Position numbers and translations under genes: made by a program
Notes under the pieces: model-generated
What the model was told of the DNA's origin: nothing
The model's input: the letters and a program-made list of their open reading frames with translations, nothing else
The model's database searches: none
Source of the DNA: Prasinococcaceae sp. CCMP 1430
Lineage: Eukaryota > Plantae > Prasinodermophyta
Length of the DNA: 64,000 nucleotides
Direction: 5' to 3'
Assembly: GCA_013416795.1 (NCBI GenBank)
Contig: RQSC01000014.1
Coordinates: 141,510-205,509, forward strand
Shown: one piece after another, positions 10,191 to 19,779 of the stretch
Numbering within the stretch: the stretch's first letter is position 1
Layout of the letters: each line of letters opens with the position of its first letter

Positions 10191-11177
10191 CTGCGGGGCG
10201 GGGTGCGAGCGTGCGCGAGCGCGCGCGAGCGCCGCAGGCGGACGACGAGCGCCAGTGGGGTGGGAGGTGTGGGGGGGCGTGTATGTGGTGAGGCGGTGGG
10301 ATTGAGGTGTGTGCGTTGGGGAGGTGGGCGGGAGAGAGGGGGGGTTCGCTCGTGCGCCCGCAGGCTATGTGGCGCGCAGGTGTGCGCGCGAGCGCTTTTC
10401 TCTCTAGAGTTCCTTCTCTCTCTGCCTGCGTCCCTCCCTCCCTCTCTCTCTCTCGCGCGAGCGAGCTGCGAGTGCGCGCGCGCGCACGCCACGCGCGCGC
10501 GCACGCGCACCGACGGCAGGCGCGCGCCTTCATCGGACTCCACATTCCCCGCCCGGAGTCCGATGTAGTACATTTCATTAAAGATTTATTTTGATATACT
10601 TCGGATTCCAAATTGATGATTCGAAACATTTCATATCTGGATTCCGTTCCCCAACGCGCGCGCGCGCGCGCGCGCGCGTGCACCCCAAAGGGCAAAAATA
10701 ACGGCGTCGCAGCCGTCGGCGCGCGCGCGCGCTTCTCCGCGCGCGTCCCGGCTGGAGGGAGGGATGTGTGCCCGAGCTTTGGCCCCGACGAAGGCAGCAC
10801 AGAGCCGACGCCAACTCGCTCGAGCGACGGTGTCTGGCTGCGGCGCCGACGTGTCAGCGGACGCGTCTGCAGACGGTGACCAGCCAGACGGCGAGACGGC
10901 CCTGCAGCATCGCACGGCGTGTCCCCGCGCGCCCTTCACTCAGCCAGGGAAATCAAAGAAACGATGGTAGGCATTTCACAGTGCAATCCACACTGAATCC
11001 ACAGTGTCCGCACGCATTCTGACCTAATATCTGACGGGGCACGCAGGTGCCACGACGGCCTGGGGTGGCATGGCAGGCCAGCATTGCACGGGAGCGCGCG
11101 TACATGCGCGCATGGGCGCGGGCATGGCCGCGGGCATGGCCGTGCGCGCAGGGCGTCGAAATGCAATAGGCCAACGA

Positions 11178-13090
11178 TTACGCGCGGCCGGCTTCCCTGT
11201 CTATGGTCTTGAAGAGTCGGGGCACAGTGGTCATTGCCTGGAGCGTGCGCAGCACAGTGCTAACGGCGCTCACCACGATGAGCAGGCTGGTGAAGCCAGC
11301 GCTGATGCCAAGGGCTTGGAACTGCGCGTCGAGCAGGTCGCTGAAGCCAACCAGGAGTGCGAGCATCAGGCCGCCCACCACGTTTGCAGCCTGCTGGATC
11401 CTGTACAGGAAGGCCTCGGTGGCCTTGCCTGGGTTCACCATGCCAGCCTCAACACGCGCGAGCACAGCGAGCGGCGGTGTGGCGCGCACGCCGGCCCCTG
11501 CCTTGCTCAAATATTCGGCCGTCTGCTTGGCTTGCTTGCGACCGCTCAGCTGGTTGAGCGCGAACACCAGAAACATTGTGAGCACGATCTCCAGGGCGCG
11601 CGCCGCGCCACCACCGAGTCCCCCCGCCTCCCACAGTGGCCCAGCGAGCAGACGAAATATGACGATGGTAAATGAGGCGGCCACCACGGGCGACAGCCCC
11701 GCCGCGCACACCTTGACGGGAACAAAGTTTGAGGAGCCACCGCCGAGCGTGTCTGTCGCCGCGCCCACTGCGCTGCCGCCCCCCGCCCCGCCCGCCCCGC
11801 CCGACGCTGGTCCACCTTCGGGCGGCGGCGGGGCCAACCCCATCGCACGCCCAGCTTCGGTGCCCACCAGGTATCGATCGAAGTCGATCTCTATGCCAAC
11901 TTCGCGCGAGAACCACACCACTGGCACTCTGAGCGTTCCCCCCTGCAGCAGCACCGCGAGCACGACGATGCCCACGAATGCACCCGCGTAGCTCGCCGCC
12001 ACCGCCGCCGCGTTGCCACCCAGCGCACCGGCGGCGGCAGCCGCGGCCACCCTCGCAGCGGCCGAGCTCATCGTTGCCGCGAAGACAACCGCGATGGCCA
12101 GCGTCACGCCCTCCCCGAGGCCGTGCGTCGATTGCTGCTCGCACAGCCACGCGGTGAAGAGCGCGCCGGAAAGCAGAGCGACGAAAGCGTGCAGGCCCTG
12201 TGCGGGTGCTAGCCCAAACAGCGCGGTCGCAGCAGTGCCCGCCGCGGGTGCCCAGAAGCGTTGCGCGTCCGCTGCTCCCAGCGCCGCCATCGCCAAGCCA
12301 AAGTAGAGGGTCCAACGGCGCGTCATCCACGCCCGCATGCTCTGGCCGGCCTCACCCACCTCGTCGAAGGTCCGCTTGACCTCTGAGGGCCAGCCGTCGG
12401 CCGTCGCGTCCTGCGGGAAGAAGCTCGCCGTTGCATGGAAGGTGGTGAGAAAGATCGACGCCATGAGGCCTGCCGCGTAGCCCACGCCGAGCACATTGAG
12501 GGCGAGCTTTTGCGTGATCGTGACCGTTCCGAAGCGAATTTCGCGGGCGCGATTAGGGGTGTGGTGGAGAGGGGGGGGGGGAGAGGCGTCAGAGCGCGCT
12601 CGCGGCGGTCGGGAGCGCGCGCGGGGCACGCAAGCCGCGCCTCGAGGCCAGTAAGCGCGGCTCACCTCGTAGCCCTTGTCGCCCGCAAGCGCGCTTGCCG
12701 CGGGTCCGCCGCCCGCCCCGCTGATGGCTGACAGCAGCGCGCCGGAGGACAGCCCCGCAAGGCCACCAGGAAAGGACGCTCCGGACGCGGTGGACGCCGC
12801 GTTCGCCGCCGCGGCAGCAGCCTCGGGAGGCACGGCTGCAGCCGCCCTTAGGTACACGCCGGCATCGCCGGTGAGCGGCGTGAAGAGCCCTGCGCGCACG
12901 ACCACGATGAAGAGCAGCGAGAACGCGGCGCGGCGTGCGAGTTCGGATCTCGAGAGAGAGCGCAGCGGCGCGATGAGTGCTGCGAATGGCGCCCACGAGC
13001 CCTTTGTCCCCCCCGCGGGGGATGCGACGCCAACCGCGCCAAGCCCTGCGCGCCCCGCGGTGCGCTCTGGCGCGGCGGGCGGCAGGCCCG
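11178..13090 (-). CDS. SecY-family translocase, likely plastid SCY2 (5' end cut by N at 13096; one probable intron near 12510-12665)
   Basis: ELARRAAFSLLFIVVVRAGLFTPL, WLCEQQSTHGLGEGVTL, FVPVKVCAAGLSPVV, PGKATEAFL, GFTSLLIVV. About 10 TM segments. The sequence is divergent, as SCY2 proteins are. Confidence 0.75.
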
Positions 13091-13220
13091 CGCGANGCTC
13101 GACCTGTGCGTCGTTCTGTCGCCTCCGAATCCACCGCCGAGCCCTCCCCCCGCCCGCACCCGCGGCACGCGCGCCCGCCGCCAGCACCGGACGCTCACGC
13201 TCGCGCGCGAACATTACATT

Positions 13221-13249
13221 AAACCCTAATAAAATGTAAACCCTAATAA
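13221..13249 (+). promoter_or_regulatory. Two telo-box-like AAACCCTAA motifs in the divergent SecY/NLR intergenic region
   Basis: aaaccctaataa occurs at 13221 and 13238 in an AT-rich patch. Confidence 0.4.
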
Positions 13250-13477
13250 TTTTGGGGGCGCGAACCGCGAGGCGTCGCGAGGGGAGCTTCCGGGCGAGCG
13301 CGTGTTCTTTTTCCGGCGCACAGGTGGATGGTCCCACACCACACGAGGTTGCCGCTGCTGGCGTGAGCGAGAGAGGGGAGGGGTGGAGGGGTGGCGCTGG
13401 GGCGAGAAAGAGGGTGCCGGTGGCACTCCGTGCGCGCTCCCCGCGTCGCCCGGGGAGCGGAGTGGCGGGGGCGCGAG

Positions 13478-16400
13478 ATGAGCGCCCCGGCGGGGGGCAG
13501 CGGCGCGGGCGGCCCCTCCGCTCCACCGCGGCGCGCGCTTCGCGTCGGGCAGTGCGCCAAGGACGAGGCCAAGTGGTGGGCAAAGCTAAAAGAAACGCTC
13601 GGGGACGCAGCCTTTGCAGCGCTGGAGTGGGCGCCGACGGCGCTTGAAGTCACCGGCATCGTGTTCGAAGCGACAGGGCTTGCGCTTGATGTTGCGGACG
13701 GCACCGTGCCCTTCGTGAGCATCGCTAATGCGTTGGTCACGCGGGTGCGCGACAAGGTAGACGAGCTGAGGCAGGTGGACGAGCTCGCAGCCGCAAAAGC
13801 GGGCCGACGCGTGCGTGTGTGGTGCTCAGTGATCCACAAGATGCCTGCGATGGTCTACCAGGCAGAGGACGCCACATTTGTTGCGACCATCGACGCTCTG
13901 ATTGAGCTGGCGCGGCTCGCAGTGAAGTGGAACTCGAAAGCATATTACAAAAAGCTTTACTGGGGGACGGCCTCGAAGTACCGCAGCGATCTAAACAAGG
14001 CCATTCTGGAGCTCGACGTGCAGTATGGCGCGCTGCTGGGCGAGGCGGTGATCATCGCGCTTGAAAAGATCGACAACGTGCTTGCAAGCAGTATCGCGTG
14101 CATTCACAATCTGCCCAATGGCCTGCCCGAGCTGCTGGGCCGCGAGGACACTCTGGAGGTGCTCGAGACGGCCTTGGCGTCGCCTGGCTCCGTGACGTCA
14201 CTCACGGGCATCGCCGGCGTGGGCAAGTCGCAGCTGGCGTTCCGCTGCGCGTACGACTTTGTTTTCACGGACGATGGCACGCCCAGGGAGGACCGTCGCC
14301 TCGCGTGGTTCTTGGATGCCTCTAGCGAAGCAAAATTGGTGGCGAGCTACGCTGGCGCGCTGGTGGCGCTCACAAACGAGTCCATTGAAAAGGCCGACAA
14401 GGACCCCGTCTCCGGGGACAAGCTGTCGCCGCGGGATCTGGCGGACAAGCTGCTCGCTGAGATCACGCGCAGCGGACGCAGCAGCCTGCTCGTGTTTGAC
14501 AACGTCAAGGAGGATGAGAAAGATGGCGGGGCACAGTGGCTTCGCCAGCGGTACTTCTCATCACTTGCCGGTGCGGCGAATGCGCATGTGCTCATCACGT
14601 CGCGCAGCGGCACGCTCAGGGGCGACGTGGAGGGCATCGGCCGCATCCACCAGGTGGTGGTAAAAACGCTGAGCCCGGAAGCTGGCGTCGCCCTGCTTCT
14701 CGGTGACGACGACGCGAGTGAGGATGACCACGCAGCAGCGCGCAAGATCCATGAGCAGCTGGAGGGCCTCGCACTGCCGCTCAGCGTCACGCGAAAGTTC
14801 GTGAGTGACAAGCGTGTCATTGAAAAGGGGCGTTTCACGCTGCAAGGCGTCGCCAAGGGCCTCGAAGAGGCGGCCGACAAAGTCGAAGCGGCGCTCGCGG
14901 CGCCGCTGCGCTTCGTGAGGGATGGCTACAAGCGCTCAGCCAAGGTGCTGGACGTTGCGGCGTTTGTCGATCCGAGGGGCATCCCTGAGGGGCTGCTGTT
15001 ACGGGCCGACGCCAGCTGCAAGGATGAGGACATCGACCTGCTGTGCGACCTGAACCTGCTGCAGCTAGGCGCTCCGATCACGGTCGGGATGTCGGGACAG
15101 ACGGAGCCAAGCTACTCGATGCACCACCTGCTGCAGGCCGCCGCCCGCAAAGAGGTCGGCGAGGAGGGCGCCGCGCGTAGACCACGCAGCGCTGAGGGTG
15201 CGCTGGCCGCCGTGTCTGGCGAGATGACATCGTACAAGGAGTCGGACCTGTCGACGTGGGCGCGCGCGCGAGCTGCGGTGCCGCATGCCGAGGCGCTGCA
15301 CGCGGCGGCGAAGGAGGGCGGCATCGCAGACAAGGTCGAGCTCGCCCAGGTGATTGGAGCCGCAGGCACCATATGCGCCCGCACCCTCGGCGACTTCGTC
15401 AGGGCCCTGGAAGCGTTCAAAAAGGCGCTACGCATCACGCGCGCCGCGCTGGGCAACGACCATCCGGATGTGGCGGTGACGCGCAATAACATGGGCGCGG
15501 TGTACCAAAGGCAGGGGCGCTACGTCGAGGCGCTCGAAGCGTACGAAGAGTCGCTGCGCATCGAGCGCGCCGCGTTTGGCGACGACCACCCGGATGTGGC
15601 GGCGACGCTCAACAACATTGGCAACGTGTACCAAAGGCAGGGGCGCTACGTCGAGGCGCTCAAGGCGTACGAGGAGGCGCTGCCCATAATGCGCGCCGCG
15701 CTAGGCGACGACCACCCGGATGTGGCGACGACGCTCAACAACATGGGCATCGTGTACCAAAGCCGGGGCCGCTACGCCGAGGCGCTCAAGGCGTACGACG
15801 AGTCGCTGCGCATCAGGCGCGCCGCGCTGGGCGACGACCACCCGGATGTGGCGGCGACGCTCAATAACATGGGCGCGGTGTACCAAAGGCAGGGGCGCTA
15901 CGTCGAGGCGCTCGAAGCGTACGAGGAGGCGCTGCGCATCAGGCGCGCCGCGCTGGGCGACGACCATCCGGATGTGGCGGCGACGCTCAATAACATTGGC
16001 AACGTGTACGCAAGCCAGGGGCGCTACGCCGAGGCACTCGAAGCGTTCAAAAAGGCGCTGCCCATATTGCGCGTCGCGCTGGGCAACGACCACCCGACTG
16101 TGGCGATGACGCTCAATAACATGGGCGCGGTGTACCGAAGCCAAGGGCGCTACGCCGAGGCGCTCGAAGCGTACGACGAGTCGCTGCGCATCAAGCGCGC
16201 CGCGCTGGGCGACGACCATCCGGATGTGGCGGCGACGCTCAATAACATGGGCCTGGTGTACCAAGGCCAAGGGCGCTACGCCGAGGCGCTCGAAGCGTAC
16301 GACGAGTCGCTGCGCATCAAGCGCGCCGCGCTGGGCGACGACCATCCGGATGTGGCGGCGACGCTCAATTACATGGGCGCGGTGTACCGAGACCAGGGGC

Positions 16401-17011
16401 GCTACGCCGAGGCGCTCGAAGCGTTAAAAAAGGCGCTGCCAATATGGCGCGCCGCGCTTGGCGACGACCATCCGGATGTGGCGGCGACGCTCAACAACAT
16501 GGGCGCGATGTACCAAAGCCAGGGGCGCTACGCAGAGGCGCTCGAGGCGTGCGAGGAGTCGCTGCGCATCACGCGCGCCGCGCGGGGCGACAACCACCAG
16601 AATGTGGCGATGGCGTATGGGAACATGGGCAACACTTTTGCAAACCAGGGACGCTCCGCAGACGCGCTCGAAGCCTATCGGAAGGCGCACCGTATTTTTC
16701 GTGCCGTCTTCGACGAGGATCACCCCCTCGTCGCCAAGACGCGTGGCAAGATCGAGGCCATGGAAGAGCTGCCAAAGCTTGCCAGCGAAGAGCAGCAGCA
16801 GAGCGCCGCGGCTGCTCCATCCACCAGCGGCTCGGGCACGGCAGCTGGGCGCTCGGAGGAAAGGCAACGCGCGGTGGAGGCTCTCTCGATCCGCGAGTTG
16901 AAGGCTGAGCTCAATGCGTTGCAAGCGATGCCACGCGGCGCGCTGGAGCGCGGCGACCTCGAGGAGGAGCTGCGGGCGGCGCGAGCGCGCGGTGGCGCAC
17001 AGCAGCAGTGA
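13478..17011 (+). CDS. NLR-like STAND protein: N-terminal helical domain - NB-ARC - TPR array - SAP-like tail; intronless
   Basis: LLGREDTL, Walker A GIAGVGKS, Walker B LLVFDNV, VLITSR, GLALPL, YSMHH, followed by ten 42-aa TPR repeats. Confidence 0.9.
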   Translation: MSAPAGGSGAGGPSAPPRRALRVGQCAKDEAKWWAKLKETLGDAAFAALEWAPTALEVTGIVFEATGLALDVADGTVPFVSIANALVTRVRDKVDELRQVDELAAAKAGRRVRVWCSVIHKMPAMVYQAEDATFVATIDALIELARLAVKWNSKAYYKKLYWGTASKYRSDLNKAILELDVQYGALLGEAVIIALEKIDNVLASSIACIHNLPNGLPELLGREDTLEVLETALASPGSVTSLTGIAGVGKSQLAFRCAYDFVFTDDGTPREDRRLAWFLDASSEAKLVASYAGALVALTNESIEKADKDPVSGDKLSPRDLADKLLAEITRSGRSSLLVFDNVKEDEKDGGAQWLRQRYFSSLAGAANAHVLITSRSGTLRGDVEGIGRIHQVVVKTLSPEAGVALLLGDDDASEDDHAAARKIHEQLEGLALPLSVTRKFVSDKRVIEKGRFTLQGVAKGLEEAADKVEAALAAPLRFVRDGYKRSAKVLDVAAFVDPRGIPEGLLLRADASCKDEDIDLLCDLNLLQLGAPITVGMSGQTEPSYSMHHLLQAAARKEVGEEGAARRPRSAEGALAAVSGEMTSYKESDLSTWARARAAVPHAEALHAAAKEGGIADKVELAQVIGAAGTICARTLGDFVRALEAFKKALRITRAALGNDHPDVAVTRNNMGAVYQRQGRYVEALEAYEESLRIERAAFGDDHPDVAATLNNIGNVYQRQGRYVEALKAYEEALPIMRAALGDDHPDVATTLNNMGIVYQSRGRYAEALKAYDESLRIRRAALGDDHPDVAATLNNMGAVYQRQGRYVEALEAYEEALRIRRAALGDDHPDVAATLNNIGNVYASQGRYAEALEAFKKALPILRVALGNDHPTVAMTLNNMGAVYRSQGRYAEALEAYDESLRIKRAALGDDHPDVAATLNNMGLVYQGQGRYAEALEAYDESLRIKRAALGDDHPDVAATLNYMGAVYRDQGRYAEALEALKKALPIWRAALGDDHPDVAATLNNMGAMYQSQGRYAEALEACEESLRITRAARGDNHQNVAMAYGNMGNTFANQGRSADALEAYRKAHRIFRAVFDEDHPLVAKTRGKIEAMEELPKLASEEQQQSAAAAPSTSGSGTAAGRSEERQRAVEALSIRELKAELNALQAMPRGALERGDLEEELRAARARGGAQQQ
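15446..16705 (+). repeat. Ten tandem 126-bp (42-aa) kinesin-light-chain-type TPR repeats
   Basis: Unit ALGDDHPDVAATLNNMGxVYxxQGRYAEALEAYxESLRIxRA, with high DNA identity between units. Confidence 0.95.
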
Positions 17012-17043
17012 AAGAATAGTAAGAAAATTATCGCGGGTGCCAG

Positions 17044-18121
17044 CTAGAGCGGGCTGAACCACTCCAGCCACGTTGGCGCCAGCGCAAGCGGCATCCACCA
17101 GCTGCGCACGCGCGACGCGCGGATGGAGCCGGTCACCAGCGGGCTCTCGCCGCCGTAGTCCTGCTCGATGAAGTCGTTGACGCATTGCGAGCGCATGACC
17201 GCGTGTGAGCCGCCGACGCCTGCGCCGCTCGTCGAGATGCCGTCGAGCGCGCCGCTGTCGCGGTACTTGCCCGTCACCCAGATGGGCGCCGCCTTGGTCG
17301 CGTGCGCGACCACGAATGACATGAGGATGTCCTCGCAATTCTTGTGCTCCTCGACCCACGAATACGCGCGGCGCGGCGCCGAGTCTGTGTACATCGCGAG
17401 GTAGTCGTGGTGCAGGATGGCCACCTGAGAGGGGCAGTCAGAGACCAGCAGGCAAGCTCGCATCAGGGGTGAGAACGTCGCAGCAGGGCGCGGGCGCGAA
17501 GTGTCAATGCGAGCGACGCAGCGTGCTCGCGTCGGCACGCACCTTCGTGAGCACCATGGAGAAGCGCCCCGTCATGTACGTCGACCAGAAATGCCGGTAG
17601 CGGAAGGCGCCGGGCTCTCCCGACACGGTGCGAGCGACGAAGCCGACCATCGCGCGAGGCGCCGCGCGCCACACCTCGAGCGCGAACATGAGGTCCTCGC
17701 AGTCCACCCGAATGTCGTCGTCCACCGACAGCACCGCGTCCGAGCGCGGCGTCTTGAGCGGGCGGAAGCGATTGTTGAGGCTCGTCGTCGGATGCGCGTC
17801 GTACACGACGGGCACGCCGCGCACCTCGCCGGGCGCGTCCGCGGGTGCCTCGGGGCTCTCACTCCACACCACGTGGATCGCTTCGATTGGCACTGCCCCC
17901 GTCGCAGCGCACGCCGCGTAGTGATCCACCGCGAGCTCCAGCCGGTCGGGCCGCTTGAACGTGTTGATAAGCACCGTCAGCGGCTCCCCCACGGACCGCG
18001 GCGCCGACGCGAGCGGCGACGCGGCGGTCTGTCGCTCCAGCCGCACGTACGTGGCCAAGCCCAGCAGCAGCAGCCCCAGCCCACCCGCCGCTACCCAACG
18101 CATCCGCCGCGAGAGTGCCAT
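17044..18121 (-). CDS. Glycosyltransferase family 64 (EPC1/EXTL2-like), intron about 17425-17542
   Basis: TM anchor, TVLINTFKRPDRL, SLNNRF, VLSVDDD, FSMVLTK|VAILH, NCEDILMSF, RSQCVNDF. Confidence 0.9.
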
Positions 18122-18823
18122 CGGCACCGCGAGCAGCGCGCCCGCATGGCACGCGAGAGGCCGGGCGCGACTGGCTAGGCTTCCGGCCGACGCTACACCG
18201 CCGCCGCGGTGGCGCAGCATCCCCCCCCGCCGCGGCCCGCCGGCCGCCCCTATCGCCCCTGTCTATCCCTCACCGCACGACGCGCCTCCAGGTGCTCTCG
18301 CCGAGCGCAACCCCCGCGCGCCACCCTCGCGCCCCGGCGCCCGCCGCCCGCGTACAGACTGGTGCTACCGCGCCCTCACCACCGTCCCGCCTCGATCCCG
18401 CTGTTTTCCCAACGAAACTGAAACCAAGGTCAAAATGCATGCACTTTCGCACTTTTAAAAAACGCGGGTTGTGAAGGCAAAAACAAAGGCGTTCTCCGCC
18501 CACCCCCATGAAAAGCGCTTGAAAAAGGCAACAACGGCAATCGAGGTCGAAACCAATGGCTTCAGGAAACTCGCTTTGATTTTGATAGGTGGGTTGCCCA
18601 GCGGCCCGTTCGAACGAGCCCCAGCAGCTCGTGGGGGCGTGTGTTCCCCCGCGCGCGCGCGCACGCCTCTGCGGCGCGGGAAGCAGCGGGCGCCCCGGGC
18701 CGGCGCGGGGCGCGCTGGTGCCGGGCGTTCCCTCTCTTCCCCCCCCTTCCCCCCCTCGTCAGTTCTCCGCGCATGCCTGCGCAGGCCACAGCGCGCGCCT
18801 GACGCGGGGCGCGGCCGGGGGCG

Positions 18824-19608
18824 ATGGATTCGGTCATGTCGAGCCTGAACGTGGCGGACCCGGAGGTGCACGCGTCGAACGCGCGCAAGCTGCTGACCGC
18901 GCAGGCGGCGCTCGCGCTGCTCGCGTGCCTCAGCGCGAGCGAGTTCGCCGCGTGGGCGGCCGCGCAGCTCGCTCTCGCGCTGTGGGCGCTCTCGTCGTTC
19001 GAGCTCGGCCGCGAGGACGCGCGCGCGCTCTACTGTATCGCCACGCCGCTGCGCTGGCTGCTCGACGCCGTGTGGTACGCGAATCTGAGGGCGCGGCGCT
19101 CGCGCAAGCCTCAGTGCCCGCGCCCCCCCGCGCGCGCGCCACGCGTCTCCGCTGCTGCTGCTAGCGCTCTAACACACTCGCTCGGCCACCTGTGACCCGT
19201 CGCAGGCTCGGTCTCTGGACGCACCCCATGGCGAAGGCGAGCGGGGCCAACCACTACGGCGCGACGGTGCACTGGCTGCTGTTCTGCATGTGGTGCCATT
19301 TCCTCCTCGAGAGCGTTGGCGCATGGTTCTGGTGGAAGTTGTACAAAACGGGAGGCCTTGAGGCCGGTGCCGCGGGTGGCAGTGGCGCTGTTGGTTTCCA
19401 GCCCATGCTCGCTGCCGATAACGGCGGTGGCAGCGGTGGAGACGCATACGCTGCCCCGCCGACGCCCGATCCTTTCAGAGGCGCGCCAGCCAAAGACGCG
19501 CCTGTTGCCAGCGCGGACAGCTACCAGAACGTCGGCCAGATCGGGCCTGAGCACGCAAACACCCCACACGAGAGAACACACGCGCAGGGCCTCGTCTTAA
19601 AATCTTGA
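18824..19608 (+). CDS. Small multi-pass membrane protein (possibly AGTRAP-like), intron 19075-19205
   Basis: Several hydrophobic helices joined in frame across a canonical intron (LLDAVW|LGLW), and a low-complexity tail containing SYQNV. Confidence 0.55.
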
Positions 19609-19779
19609 GGCCGCATACTTAGCGGCGCACCCAAGAGTGTTGCCATATCTACTCTCATGCAATGCGCCAAGGCGCGGCGCGCGCGCACGTGCATTCACAC
19701 CCGGGGCGCGCGCGCTGGGCGAGGTCGAGCCATTCGTCAATTATTACAGATAGTACATGGGTGGGACGGTTCCGACGCC

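Noticed and set aside
10760-11170. Possible small ORF or snoRNA between dapL and secY
   Set aside because: CTGA motifs are present but there is no convincing C box, terminal stem or protein motif.
15446-16705. Regular repeat array as a possible CRISPR
   Set aside because: Units are 126-bp, in-frame coding repeats with no unique spacers, there are no cas genes, and the context is eukaryotic.
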